Positions 39,440 through 53,720 of a stretch of 64,000 nucleotides of DNA are shown one piece after another. The notes beneath the pieces were generated by a model. The model saw only the letters and a program-made list of their open reading frames with translations. It was not told where the DNA came from and did no database searches. The stretch is taken from NCBI RefSeq assembly GCF_006345805.1, contig NC_043016.1:20956001-21020000 (forward strand). Reading direction: 5' to 3'. The stretch comes from Octopus sinensis. Taxonomy: Eukaryota. The position numbers were made by a program, and so were the translations under genes. Position 1 is the first letter of the stretch; each line of letters opens with the position of its first letter.

Positions 39440-40170
39440 ATTTTTATCTCCTTTTTTTCAAGAATAGCTCAGTGTATTGGTGAACAGTAAAAATGGTATT
39501 GGAGAGCAAAAGATTAAAGTTGTAGTTGGGGAAAAGGTTAGCTGACATGGAGGACTGGAAGCCATCTGAATATTGGAAAAGAGTTACCTGTATCATGATG
39601 ATTCATAGTGGCTATCAAAATGCTGACATCATGACTGATGCTCAATGCTCTGTGAACACTGTAAAGGCTGTAAGACATGACACAGACAGCTGCAATGGAG
39701 ACTATGAAGCCATGGCGAGTTGATAGGGACACAGCAGGTGTTCTGACTGTCCACATGCCGGAGTTCATCCTCATATCTTTGAACCGGGCCTTAGGCTCAA
39801 TTCAAATGGCTTTATGAAGCTGCTCGATTCTGTGGTCAATCCCTGACTGGAGAGGATTGCTGCTGGAAGGCCATATATGTAGTAGCAGGATTCAACTCCT
39901 AGCCAATCCTCTGGAAAGAGTCAGAAGTGGTTGTTGGAGAATTGCTGAGAATTCCCTGATTGTAATCCCATGTGTGGATGCAGTGGAGAGATACACCAAC
40001 TGCTCTGCTTACAACACCAAGATCAAGAAGGTGTTCAAAGATCTTTGCAGAGACACAGTGAGGAATACATGTGCCAGGTCCCAGAACTGTCTTGTGGCTA
40101 TGGTGGAAACTGAGGCTACATGCCTTGCCATAATGTAGATGATATTTTTCGATTTTTAAAATATTTTTGA
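39440..40170 (+). mobile_element. Decayed Tc1/mariner transposase
   Basis: Remnants such as GFLQQDSTP, FPDCNP(M)..DAVERYTN.SAYNTK and C...AMVE match the W...SPD.NP.D motif region of DDD/E transposases. Confidence 0.7.
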
Positions 40171-40977
40171 TAGGATATTGTATTTCCTTTTCTTTTTATG
40201 CAAACTGTCAAATTTATAGCCTGAATGTACGTACATATGTGTGTTCTACTATAGCCTCGGGCTGACCAAAGCCTTGTGAGTGCATTTTGTAGTCAGGAAC
40301 TGAAAAAAGCACTATGTATATATGTATGAATGTATGTACGTATGTACATACATACATACATACATACAAAGTGCTTTTTTTTTCAGATACTGACTACTAA
40401 ATACACTCACAAGGCTTTGGTCAGCCCAAGGCTATAGTAGAACACACTTGCCCAAGGTGGCATGCAGTGGGACTGAACCCAGGACAACATGGTGGGGAAG
40501 CAAACTTTTCACCACAAGCCATGCCTGTGCATGTACATGTAAATATATGTGTGTGTGTGTGTGTGTGTGTATACACACATATTTACATACATACATACAT
40601 ATGCATCATTCTATTTTTTAAGATTTTTTGAAATATAATTACAAGTTTAAGATCTTTCTTAAAATATTATTCTGACACTCACACACACATACCATCATTT
40701 GAAATCTACTTTTTCATATTCACAAGAGTCAAATGCTTTTCCTGTCTCCAACCCTCACCTGTTTCCAAACAAGGTAATATTTCCTTATGGTCAGATATGT
40801 TTTTCATGGAAGACTGGAAATGAACAACACTGCCTATATGATAAAATTCATTTACAACCATCATGTGATATTTCGATACATAAGTTGCAGGGAGGCAGTG
40901 AAGAGAAAAAGTCTGAGAGTACAGAAAGGAATGAAGAGTAGAGGAATAGTAATAATGATACTGTGCACACAGAGGAT

Positions 40978-41021
<44 letters not shown>

Positions 41022-41909
41022 TGAGTGCTGTGTGGTTGGGTAGGTTACAGAGAGATGGAGAAGGAAAGATAATTGGATGGTACACAAAGGTGGTCACTAC
41101 AAAATGGGTGGAGACAACAGAATTAAGAATGACAGTTACACATCAAAAGAAATGGTTCTGGGTAGTGAGAAAGGTAAGTGAATCAGGGAAATACTGGTAA
41201 CGGGTGCAGTTTTGCTCACAATAGCAGTTGAATACTGGAGTTAGAAAGATGGGTGATGGGAATAGCTTGAGGAGTAAACTGGGAAAGGACACTTGTGCAT
41301 ATACACATACAGCACTTCCAGTTATCTCAATTTGTTGAGGTGAGTGAGTCTTCCCAAGTATTGTATATTGTCAGCCATCCCAGTTCTTTGTCATCTCTTC
41401 CATATGGTTCAAGATCCTGAGATTAGCCTTCATCAATTTGTCCCAATGATAATGATGGGATATATATATCATCATCATCAAAGTATGTACTTTGTTAAAA
41501 TTTGTTAAGTCTGGGTTTGTACTTTTGTATGCAATTTTTCTCTTTGTTTATCCATGCTTCATCTGTGGTATTCACTGAACTCAGATAGAGTGGGAAGACC
41601 TGGAATTAAGGGGACTTAATTTTCACACAGATGTCTATGTGTCCACCCAGAGGAATCTGTCTAGTACTGGGATCTCATATCTGTTGTCAGTGAACAGTCA
41701 GTCTACTTCTTATAGTAAACTTTGTTTGACTTATGTAATCTTGATTACATTCTTGACATTTGATAGTGTATATGTTGTGCCTTCAATAAGATTGATGCAA
41801 TTTTAAAGGGACCTGCATTAATCTCATTGAAAACACAACATACAAATTCAAATTAGGACAGATTTTTACCATTAAAAAAATCACCTTGCATGTTCTTCAA
41901 GGAATTTAA

Positions 41910-44900
41910 CCCTTCAGATTAATTTGTCGAATGTAATGCTTATCTGTTCACATTAATTTTTATTTATTCAGATTCAAAAGGGGTGTCCACAATATTTGCT
42001 TGTAACTTTGTTAATTTTCTACATATAGATTTGAAATTTTGCAAATGGGTGCTTATATGCCAGTGGTTTATAGTTACATAATTTTAGCTGATATTTCTGA
42101 TTAAATTTTACTTTTATGGGCAGGTAAAGTTAATTAACAGGTGTAAAAGCAATAACATTATGAATAAACACTAAAATTCATATTCTTAATACATCTTACC
42201 TGTTTGATTTGTTACTAAAATTATCCCAGATGTCAACCGCCAACAATTTTACATTTTTCAAGACGAGTACATTAATTTGAATTAATTAAAATACAGGTGT
42301 AATCAGTACAAGATTTTATTCTTTCTCTATATTTCATTTAAATATTTTCATTGAAAATAAATTACAAAACTCTTTTACTGGTCAATATACCATTGGCTAT
42401 GTATGCTTATACAATTTAATGAATTCATTTACGTAACACAATGCATCTAATAAAAAGCTCATTAACAGGTGAGACAAAGGTGAATGCAGGTGTGCAACAT
42501 ACTGAATATTAATATGTATTTCTCGCTTTCACATATTATTTGTAATAAAATGAAATGGAATATATGATAAAATAATATAGTTATGACATATTTCTGGGTT
42601 GACACTTTACATATGGGTACTTTGCAAAAGGAACACATATACAAAGTCTCAATCTAATACCCTTTTGCAGTTTTTCTTTTTTGCTGCAAACTTTTTTCTT
42701 CTATTTATCTTTTCAACTTTATGAAAGTCAATATTTTCTCTGTTAACATCCACTTCAGTTAATTTTGCTTTTCTCCCAGTTCTGTGCTTTCTAGAAGAAA
42801 AGCACCCACATAACTGAGATGTGATGTCAACTGAAAATTTTATATGGACGTAGTCCTTTGTTGGCAGAGGTACCATGTGGCTTTTTACATTTACAATATA
42901 TGAATTAACTAAAAAAAAAAAAAAAATGTACCTCCACCATTTCTTCCCAAGTCGACCAACTGGGTAATATGCCTGATATTGGTCAGATTTATCAACCCCA
43001 CCCATATATTTGTTATAACAAATATTCACCAGGAGTTTCCCCTCAGCACCAACACCAGGTTGTTCATTAGTAGACAGAAATAAAATCTGCCTTTTGTCTT
43101 TGAAAGCAGTAGCTAATAAATTTTCCTTTAGCATTTGTAAAATGTCCCCTCTTTTTTGAAATTTTGTTTTCATTTCACAGGGTAAACCCATGACAGTACT
43201 GCATGTGTAAATACTAACACGGGCAAGATTTTCTGCCAAAGCCACTGAAGAAAAAAAAAAACGGTCAAAATAGAGGTGTCAGTGCTGATGGTGAAATGGT
43301 TCAGTAAGAGACCATACTACATCATGTCCCAATCCATATGGTCTATTTCCATTATATTTTTTCCTTGTGCAAACATCGAAGTTTACACAGTATCCAGTGT
43401 CTGATTCACAAACTTCCCTTACCTTGATCCCCTATTTAGTGGGTTTGGCAGGCATGTACTGCCGAAAATGCATTCTGCCCTTATAGCCTATCATGGCTTC
43501 ATCTACACTGAGATTTTTACCAGGTAGATACACAGTTTTATAATTATTAAGGAGTAAATCAGTTACAGGATGTACTTTGTACAGGGGATTGTAGTTTGGG
43601 TTGTTTTTGCTGGGGGCATTAGCAGTATCAATTAAATGTAAATACTGAGATATTTTCAAATACCTCATCTTCAACATTATACTTGAGATATACGGATCTC
43701 CATATACCTTATATCAGTCGAGGAAGCTGTTTAACACCAAACATAATATTAATTGTGAAAAACACTCATTTCCACAGTATAAGTTGGCTGCCCATAGTGG
43801 ATCGTTTCTTCCGCAAATAGAAATTATACGTTGTGCATATTTGTTTGTTTCCTCCATAACATTTTCAAAAAAAAACTTTCTGGTAAAAATAAAAATAGAT
43901 AGTCGAATGGTTGAGCATCAGGAGGTAAATTGTGTTGTGGACCAGTGTTTACTGTGAAATCAGGAGTAGTGATTGGTGTTGTAATCTTTGACCATGTGGC
44001 CATTTCATTAAAAACTAAGGTACAGACTTCTCTTCAAATGTTGCAAAAACTATTATTTCTTTATTTCCCACAAGGAGCCTAACAAAGAGGAGACAGCACA
44101 AACACATGTGGGGACATATAACACAAAATAATTAAAATAGAATTCAAATAAAATTATAAAAATGATAATATGAATGAATAATGAGAATGAGAAAATGGAA
44201 ATGTGCTGCTTGCCCCATCACAAGCAGCATCACTTATTTCCTTGGGAGTCCTTTTACCACATCAACACCAAATTACACCAATAGTTCCTCATACCCTACG
44301 TTGCCTGGTATCCTTTTTATGTCTGTATTGATCTTCAAGAACGTAAAACTTTTTTTGTATTTTTTCACCTCTTCTATCTGCTTTTCTGAAAGCAGCACAC
44401 ACATGTGCCACCCTATTGTATTCTTATATCCTTCTGTATGAATCATTTTTGCTGTCTTCCAACTTGTTACCTTCCAAATTAGTTTCCTATTTTCATATTC
44501 TCATTGTCCGTCAGTATACAAACATAATTTACTTCACAGGGAGGGAATTCTTGTACTTTGTTGTGATTACATTTCTTTTTTCTTTTTGGATTGTATAGGA
44601 GGGGGATGGGTGGGGTTGGCGAGCTTTGGGGTTCCACATCACACTGTTATTTTTTCCTCTTTTTCCTTCCGCAATTTTTCATTCTTCCTCTCTTTCCTTT
44701 TCCTCCCCTTGCTTCTTTTCCGACTTCTCGTTCATCCTTTCCATAGTCTGCTTTTGCAGAGGGCAGTGTGCTCTAATGTGGCCTTTTGGGCTACATTTAA
44801 AGCAACAAGGGGTCCTGCCCTCCACCCACACTTTCAACACCATATCTCCAATTGATACCGTCTCCACCAAATTTTCGAGTGTCTCCACTGCAGCCTGTAC

Positions 44901-45834
44901 AAACAGATCCATTGTTAGTCCTTTCCAAAACTGAGCCTTCCATCTTTGTGGCTTGGGGGACAGCTACTTCTTCCTCACTTCCCAGAAGAACAGCTGCCAT
45001 AATCCAAGCCACATCAATTTCCGGTGGAATTCCTTCCACCCTAATCCTTGAAATCCTTCTTCCCAAATAAGTGGGTAGAAGGACTACTTTGTCTGCTTTT
45101 ACTGTGTTTGTAGCATTTTCCTTAGCTTTGTCTTCCATCTTGTAATGGACTATAATAGTTCTGAATTTGTTCCTTCTGGCCAGATATGTTATGTCTTGCC
45201 AGACTGAGCACAATGCTCTCTCTATAACTTCAGCCTCCATATGTTCAGTTTTCCTTTCCTCCACCGAGTATACAGTCTTCCTGTCTGTTTTGTCCAGTAT
45301 CTTCTGGGAGGGTGACAGCTTAACACCACCACCCATTCTACATGCCATTTTTTCATATCTTTCAATATTTGAAAGATCTACTTCTTTTTCTTTTATTTCT
45401 GTCGCTTCTGTGAAGCTCTTCCTTTTTAGACATCCATTCTGCCGACTGCAAGAACCAGTTCTTCCTCCGAAGAGGATGATTCAGAATCACTAAGGTCCAA
45501 ATAAAACATCCTTTTTGTCATGGCTTCTTTCAATTTTATTGAGAGAAAGCACAACTAGAAAACTGCTGCAAAGCAGCACAAAACAACCAACAATTCAAAC
45601 AACAGTAATAAACAAACTTCATCTCACCAGAATGTTGAACAAATGTTGCAAAAACCATGTGGTCTAAACAATTTGAATAAAGGTGGGAAAGGCTTCATCT
45701 CGCATTATCTCAAAGCTACGAGAATTCAATAACATAATTTGCTTATTTTTTTCACGATTTTGTAGAGCAGCCAGATACGACCAGATTGAACAAATAAAGG
45801 GGAATTAATTTTGGTCGATTTGAACACTAAAGGG
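41910..45834 (-). mobile_element. Decayed piggyBac transposon with TTAA target duplication
   Basis: TTAA-CCCTT at 41906-41914 and AAGGG-TTAA at 45830-45838. Transposase remnants: LSVDEAMIGYKGRMHFRQYMPAKPTK (43432..43677), YNKYMGGVDKSDQ...KKWWRYIFF (42649..43245) and a C-terminal Cys-rich motif MCSFCKVPIC (42462..42644). Confidence 0.88.
44051..45639 (-). mobile_element. Non-autonomous retroelement encoding only a gag/ORF1-like CCHC zinc-knuckle protein, nested in piggyBac
   Basis: 16-bp TSD CAAATGTTGCAAAAAC at 44035-44050 and 45640-45655. Frameshifted ORF 44797..45348 plus 44679..44912 ends in CFKCSPKGHIRAHC (CX2CX4HX4C). The 3' end resembles the SINE tail at 25115-25160. Confidence 0.8.
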
Positions 45835-45932
45835 TTAATATACACAATCAAAGGTCAAGGACATCAAACTTTCTGTAGAAACTTGACAGGACAGCAAACT
45901 CTCTGTACAAACTCTACAAGACTGAGATCATA

Positions 45933-45967
<35 letters not shown>

Positions 45968-45977
45968 CATCATTATG

Positions 45978-46160
45978 AAGGTGGCGAGCTGGCAGAATTG
46001 TTAGCACGCCAGGTGAAATGCTTAACAGTATTTTGTCTGTCTTCACATTCTGAGTTAAAATTTCACCAAGGTTGACATTTGGGGTCAATAAATTAAGTAC
46101 CAGTAAAACACTGGGGTCGATGTAATCTATTAGTCCTCTTCCCTTGTGGCAAAATTTAAA
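45978..46160 (+). mobile_element. SINE family C copy
   Basis: GAAGGTGGCGAGCTGGCAG...GGGGTCAATAAATTAAGTACCAG...CTGGGGTCGATGTAATC; preceded by (ATT)n. Confidence 0.7.
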
Positions 46161-46209
46161 ACCATTATTATTATCATTATTATTACATACACACACACAC
46201 ACACACACA

Positions 46210-48875
46210 TAGTCACTAGTGACTTTAGACTCCAGGCCAGGATGATACCAAGAAGCTGACCAATCTGGAAGAGAAAGATTTGGAAGCTTGTCTCTTCATA
46301 TGACCAGAAATTTAAGGACATCCTAATTGAGAAATTTGATGTGAGGGAGGAGAAGCTACAGACATGACATAGAGGGTAACTGGGAATTCCTGCGGGACAG
46401 TTTGTTGAGTGCCAAAGAAAAAATCTATGGCTGGTGAAAAGTCCCATCCAGACCTAGGATGACATGGTGGTGGAATGATGCTGTAGACAGAGCCATTAGA
46501 ACAAAGAAAAAGGCCTGGAAGAGCAGAGAATTGTATCAGCCAGAAGGGAAGCTAGGAGACAAGTATATCTAGCCAAGGGAGAAGCAGAAAAGAAGAAGTT
46601 TGCCTATGTCCAGTGATGTGAGGACCAAAGACTTGAAGTGCTTTGGATTGTGAACGTATGAGAAAGATTGTGATGTCATAGGAGAGAAATGTGTCTGCAT
46701 GGATGATAGCACACTTGCATTTAATAATTCTGCAAAGAAAGAGGCTTGGAAATGCCATCATGAAAGACTGCTGAATATGGAGAATAAATGGGAGGAGGAG
46801 AGTCTGCCAAATGTTGACCCAATTGAAGAACCAGCTATCCAAATTGATAATACCTTAGTAGATAAAGCAATTAAGGATATGAAGGCAGGTAAAGTCCCCA
46901 GTCCATCAGGAATCACCACTGAGATGCTTAAAATATCTGGTGGTGTGGGTTATGGTCTAGTCACCTGTATTATAAATCAAGTGGTTCACGAAAGAGTCAT
47001 ACCCAGTGACTGGTGTAGCAGCACCATAATCAACTGCTACAAAGATAAAGGTGATGCCTTAGAAAGAAATGATTACAGAGATATCAAATTGTTGGATCAG
47101 GTGATGAAAGTTACAGAGAGAGTCATAGCCCAACTAATTAGAAAGAGAGTTAGTCTAGATGAGATGCAGTTTGAGTTTGTGCCAGGGAAAAGCACCACTG
47201 ATGCTATATTTCTGGTAAGGCAGCTGCAGGAGAAATACATAGCCAAAGATAAACCTCTGTACTTGGCTTTTGTTGACTTGGAGAAAGCCTTTGACAGGGT
47301 GCCTTGATCCCTTATCTGGTGGTCAATGTGGAAACTAGGGATAAATGAGTGGTTGGTGAGAGCTGTACAAACCATGTACAGAGATGCAACGCATAAGGTG
47401 AGGATTAGCAATGAGTACAGCAAAGAATTCAGGGTACAAGTAGGGGTTCACCAAGATTTGGTCCTCGGCCCTCTCATGTTCATCATAGTCCTCCAGGTAA
47501 TAACCATGCAATTTAAGACAGGTTGACCCTGGGAGCTCCTCTATGCTGATAACCTTGTTCTTATAGCTGAATCACTACCAGTACTAGAAAAGAAGTTTCA
47601 GGTGTGGAAGCAAAGTTTAGAAGAGAAGGGCCTTAGAGTTAACCTCTCAAAAACCAAAGCTTTAGTAAGTAGGAAGGCATTTACAAGGCATAGGTAGATG
47701 TACTTGGTGTAAGTTATAGATACATAAGAGGTGCATCAATATCAAAAGGAATATTAAAAGCAATATTAAAAAGAAAAATAGCTTTCAAGTGTGGAAGATG
47801 CACAGGTACAATAAACACTGAAAATGTACAAAAAATGTACAGAAACTGCCAGGGTTGTAAGCTAGAAGTAGTAGATAGCTTCCATTATCTAGGTGATCAA
47901 GTTAGTAGTGGAGGTGGATGCTCTAAGAGTTTAGCTGTGAGAATAATATTAGATTGGGCAAAGTTCAGAGAGCTCCTACCTCTGTTGGAAACAAAAGGCC
48001 TCTCCCTCAGTGTGAAAGGTAGATTGTATGATGCCTGTGTGCAAACAGCTATGCTACACTGCAGTGAAACATGGCCAGTGACAGCCAAGGACATGCGTAG
48101 GCTTGAAAGAAATAAAGCTAGTAGGCTTTGTTGGATGTGCAATATCAGTGTGCATGTTTGACAGCGGGTAAGCATTTTGAGAGAATAGTTGGACATAAGA
48201 GACATCAGATGTGGTGTGCAAGAGTGATGACTATGCTGGTATGGTCATGTGATGCATATGGATGAGGACAGCTGTGTAAATAAGTGCTGATCTCTGTGGA
48301 GGGAACCTGTGGTAGAGGTAGACCCAGGAAAACGTGGTGAAGCATGATCTTCGAACTTTGGACTTCACAGAGGCAATGACTAGCGACCGAGACCTTTGGT
48401 GATATGCAGTGCTCGAGAAGACCTGTCAAGCCAAGTGAAATCATAGTCATGGCTGATGCTGGTGTCAGGTAACTGGCACTTGTGCTGGTGGAATGTAAAA
48501 AGTACCTTTCAAGTGTTGGATTTCAAGGAGGCAAAGTGGCTGATGCCAGTGGCATGTGAAAAGCTCCTTTTGAGTGTTGGGCCCCATGGAGACAATGACC
48601 AAGATCTTTGGCATTATGTCATGCTTGAGAAGAAGATCCATCAAGCCAAGTAAAACCACAGTTGTGGCAGATTCTGGTATGATACAAATGGCACCAATAC
48701 CAGTGGTATGTAAAAACACCCATTACACTTTTGGAGTGGTTGGTGTTACGAAGGGCATCCAGCCATAGAAAACCATGCCAAATCAGACTGGAGCCTGGTG
48801 CAGCCTTCCAGCCTGCCAGCCCTGGTCAAACCATCCAGCCCATGCTAGCATGGACAGTAGGTGCTAAATAATGAT
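46210..48875 (+). mobile_element. Decayed RTE-clade LINE (RT domain to 3' tail)
   Basis: ORF 46699..47307 contains RT motifs (KAPGPSGI-like, YRDIKLL, FVPGKSTTDAIF, LAFVDLEKAFDRVP). Continues with GVHQ...LYAD and DSFHYLGD, with stops and frameshifts, and ends in a CCATGCTAGCATGG...(ATG)n-type tail. Confidence 0.92.
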
Positions 48876-49559
48876 GAACATCCATCGTCCATGCTGGTAT
48901 GAGCTGGCCAATTTGATAGGCGTCAGCAAACCAGAGGACTGCACCAAGCTGTGAAAAGAAGCGATGATCTCTAACTGTGGAGGGAACCTGTGGGAGAGGT
49001 AGGCCCAAGAAGATGTGGGATGAGGTGGTGAAGAATGACCTTCGAATGTTGGGCCTCACAGAAGTAATGACAAGCAACCCTGATCTTCGGAGATATACTG
49101 TGCTGCCTGACTGGCTGCTGGCACTTAAAAAGCACCATTCGAGCATGATCGATGCCAGTATTGCCTGACTGGCTCCCATACTGGTGACATGTAAAAAGCA
49201 CCCACTACACTCTCAGAGTGGTTGGCATTAGGAAGGGCATCCAGCTGAAGAAAGCTTGCCAAATCAGATTGGGGCCTGGTGCAGCCTCCCTGCTTGCCAG
49301 TCCTCGGTCAAACCATCCAACCCATGCCAGCATGGAAAGCGGACATTAAACAACAATGATGATGATGACTTGGCTCATGAGTGCCTTTGTAGACTTGTCT
49401 CAAGAACTGGATCAAAATTCCAAAAGAACAGTGCTTCTAAAACTTATTTGGCTTTTTTTTTTTAATGTATATTTTAGTTTATTATTATTATTATTGTTGA
49501 TGTTTTCATTTGTGCTTTGTTGTGATTATGGGTAACATGCAGTTTATCAGAGTCCATAT

Positions 49560-50880
49560 TGAAATAATAGACAGATTAAGAAAACAAAAATCTGTACAGA
49601 TGCATCTGTTTGCCTCCATCTACCTCTTCTGTCACCAATAAAAATTCCACAGTCACACTCCCTGGTTAAAACACCATCCACTTTGGGAAGCACTGCAGTA
49701 TGAGGTTCTTGCAATCTATCAACATACCATCATCCTTCCCCAAATACCAGAATCCACAACTAAACCCATCGAATAATTTCCCTTCCTCTTCTTTAACATC
49801 TGTAGATTTCATTCCATCTTCAATTTCATTCATGAATTAATATTAACATGCGAATCCTACATTATAATCCTCCCAAAACACAATTTCCCATTCTGCTGTC
49901 CAGGCTATACACATCTACTTAAACTTCACTCTGAAGGTTATGTCTATACAAATGCTGACTCTACTCTTTCAATCACTCATCACTCTCAATTGACAGTCCA
50001 TATCCAAATTCCAACTTCCACCAAATCATAAAGCAATTCATCAAAATTAACCAATACTACACAACATCTATGGTACTTCAATGCAACCAATGGTTAGAGT
50101 TCGACTACTTTTGTGATAATTATCTCTGAGCATACATGGCCTTCACTCCTGATCTATCAGAAACAGATAAGTGTTTATGACAGAAATCGTCTTTTTAGGT
50201 ATCCTTCAACATGATACACACAACAAAACCTTAATATTCCAAAGCCTACAAAGTGGTTCATTCATAGTTGCAGCTGTTTAGCTGTTCTGTAGTGTCTGTA
50301 ATAACTATCCCACAACAAATTGGAAGGTGTTTGCCAAGCACTACAACTCTAGCAAGACGGTTATTCAAATTGTAAAAGAAGCTTGCATACATCACACAGC
50401 TCTCAAACTCATAAACAGCAACCAATCCTGGTCCCTTGCCAAAAGAATGAATCCTCTTCTCCTCCTTCCATTTCTTAACAATGTCAGTTCTATACCCTCA
50501 GGAAGAAAGACTCCACTCACTCTGCCCACTTCAAATTCAACACATTGGGCAAATTTTCTCCAAATCCAGTATGCACATGTTAATTATGAAAATACCTCTG
50601 GTTACTTCAGGTCAACAAAACAACACTTCCATTACCTTCAAAAATTGTACCCAAGAGAACTAGGCCTTATATTCACCAAACTCCTCAATTTTTTTGTTCT
50701 CTATGAGAATATACCCTGATTTGTGTTCCATTCTCAAGAAGAGCACTCCCTCTGATCCTGCCAACTATCATCCTATTGCATGCACTTTCAATATGACACA
50801 GTATCTGACAATGCAGACTCTTACACAGATGATACTGCCGAGTATTTTTCTCTAAGCTTCTCTAGTTATGTACCACACAC
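49560..50880 (+). mobile_element. Highly decayed LINE (endonuclease to RT junction)
   Basis: Residual motifs such as NLTCESY-like, PRELGLIFTKLLN and PSDPANYHPIACT (the P.NYRPISL motif of CR1/Jockey RT); many stops. Confidence 0.55.
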
Positions 50881-51819
50881 ATGCAATACCTCACACCAAT
50901 TCAGTTTTAATTATATGAGCGTGGTTGATGCCAGTGCCACCTGACTGGCCCCTGGGCCAGTGGTACGTAAAAAGCACCCACTACAGTCTCGGAGTGGTTG
51001 GTGTGAGGAAAGGCATCCAGCTGTAGAAACCTTACCAGATCAGACTGGAGCCTGGTGCAGGTTCCTGGCTTGACAGTTCTCAGTTATACCGTCCAACCCA
51101 TGCCAGCATGGAAAACAGACGTTAAACGATGATGATGGTGATGATGATAATGATGATGGTGATGGTGGTGAGGATGAGGAGGAGGATCCTTCAGCTAATT
51201 TTGTTTTTTTTAACAGCAAAAAAATGCAAGCATTACTCGAAACAAAGTTCACAAGACAGCTGCTGCTATGTACATAAACATCCTAGACCACATCCACAGT
51301 TAGGCTATTTGATTGACAAACATAAAGTTACTTACAGTCATGCACCTCCATTGGACTCATAGGCATACTGTTTCATTAATGTATTTTAACGATCTTTCTA
51401 AAGCTTGCATGCTTTCTGCAACATCTGTTCAGGTACTCTCGATTCATTTGTCTCAACCAACCAGCCCACACTATCTGCTATGCTCAGTGCTTTCTTCTTA
51501 AGCATTGAATCTTCTGAACTCCCTACTTGCCTCTCCTGTAGACATGCAACAATTTAAGTGGAATGCTGAGGGCATCAAACCTCATCAGTCTCAGAAGTCT
51601 TGCAAATGCCAGAGAAACTGTCTCCATACCCAGCAAGTAAAAAGCAAAAATATGATATAAATACACATACATATATACACATATATATATACACATACAT
51701 AATGCATATTTGTATAATTACATGCATAAACTTACGTATATATGTAAATAAGATAAAACACAAAGATATATTTATACACATATAAACATACATATATATA
51801 TATATAAGCATATACTCAC

Positions 51820-51909
51820 CCCTGTGGCAACAAGATGCGAAGGATTTGAAACTAACACCTCTATTTCTTTGACATGGGATATGGGGAAATAGCCAAACTG
51901 TCCATCTAC
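51820..51909 (-). CDS. Tango1: TANGO1/MIA3-like exon: second part of SH3 domain (GYFP motif)
   Basis: Acceptor ctctacAG and donor GTgagt; phase 0 to 0. Encodes VDGQFGYFPISHVKEIEVLVSNPSHLVATG, with the G.FGYFP..V.E signature of MIA-family SH3 domains; joins the previous exon in frame. Confidence 0.92.
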
Positions 51910-52194
51910 CTGTAGAGGAGAAGAGAGAGTATAAGATGAATATAGGAAGTGTAAAACCCTCTTCTAATGCCAACATTATTTCACCTCTCTTTCCCATCAT
52001 GAGATTTGCATGCAAGAGACACCCATTCTATTTTTGCAGGTCATCATTCTCACTTTGCTGAGCTACTTATTGCCATTCAACATTTCTCTCATCAGTTATC
52101 CATCTCTGCCACTGCTCATCTCTGCCACTGCTCTGCCACTGCTCATCACTCTCTCTACTTATACACCTCAATCAGAGTTTCTTCATTTTCTACT

Positions 52195-52290
52195 TAATAT
52201 ATATATGTATATACATGTATATATATATGTATATATATGTATATATATGTATATACACACATCACATATATATATATATATATATATACA

Positions 52291-52326
<36 letters not shown>

Positions 52327-52433
52327 CACACATATATATATATAATATATATATATTATATATATATATATATACACACACACATCACATATATATAACA
52401 CATCACATATATATATATATACACACATCACAC

Positions 52434-52496
<63 letters not shown>

Positions 52497-52615
52497 TCAC
52501 ATATATATACACATCACATATATATATGTATATATATATACACATCATATATATATATGTATATATATGAATATATATATACACATCACACATATATATA
52601 TATAACACACATCAC

Positions 52616-52652
<37 letters not shown>

Positions 52653-52796
52653 CACACATATATATATACACACATCACACATATATATATACACACATCA
52701 CATATATATATATATATATATAATATATATATATATATACATCACACATATATATACACACATCACATATATATAGATATATATATATATATATAT

Positions 52797-52851
<55 letters not shown>

Positions 52852-52890
52852 CATATATATACATATACATATATGTGTATATATATATTA
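52195..52890. repeat. Compound (TA)n/CACATCA microsatellite tract
   Basis: Direct reading; the I/Y/H/T-rich ORFs here are artefacts. Confidence 0.95.
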
Positions 52891-52999
52891 AGATACCCAT
52901 GCCGGTAACGCATAAAAAGCACCGTCCGAATGTGGCAGATGCCAGCGCCACCCGACTGGCGTCCATGTCGGTGACACATAAAAAGCACCCACTACACTC

Positions 53000-53210
53000 A
53001 TGTGGTTGTGAGCTCGAATCCCGGACAGGGCTGTGTGTTGTGTTGTTGAGCAAGACACTTTTGCTCCAGTTCACTCAGCTGTAGAAATGAGTTGCGATGT
53101 CACAGGTGCCAAGCTGTATTGGCCTTTGTCTTTCCCTTGGATAACACTGGTGGCGTGGAGAGGGGAGGCCAATATGCATGGGCGACTACTGGTCTTCCAT
53201 AAAACAACCT
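53000..53210 (+). mobile_element. Truncated SINE family A copy
   Basis: Matches 55830-56045; joined to an RTE-tail fragment upstream and an RTE fragment downstream. Confidence 0.8.
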
Positions 53211-53720
53211 CAGAGAGCTCTTAACTCTGCTGGTGACAAAGGACCTTTCGCTTAGAGTAAAAGTTAGACTGTATGACGCACGTGTATGAACAGCCATGCT
53301 ACATGGCATTGAAACATGGGCCGTGATTGCTAAGGACATGCATAAGCTTGCAAGGAATGAAGCCAGTATGCTTTGATGGATGTGTAATGTCAGTGTGCAT
53401 ACTCGGCAGAGTGTAAGTACCTTGAAAGAAAGGTTGGTCCTAAGAAGCATCAGATGTGGTGTGCAAGAGAGACAACTGCGCTAGTATGGTCATGTGGGAA
53501 GAATGGATGAGGATAGCTGTGTAAAAAAGTGCCACACCCTAGCGGCTAAGGGAACCTGTGGAAGAGGTAGACTCAGGAAGACCTAGGATGAGCTGGTAAA
53601 GCTCGACCTTTGAACATTAGGCCTCACCAAACCAATGACTATTGACCAAGACTTTTGGAAATATGCTGTGCTTGAGAAGACCCGGGTAAGCCAAGTGAGG
53701 CCATAACCCATGGCCTATGC
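53210..53720 (+). mobile_element. RTE LINE 3' fragment
   Basis: Homologous to 47960-48440 (KVRLYDARV, MLHGIETW, GTCGRGR). Confidence 0.85.
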
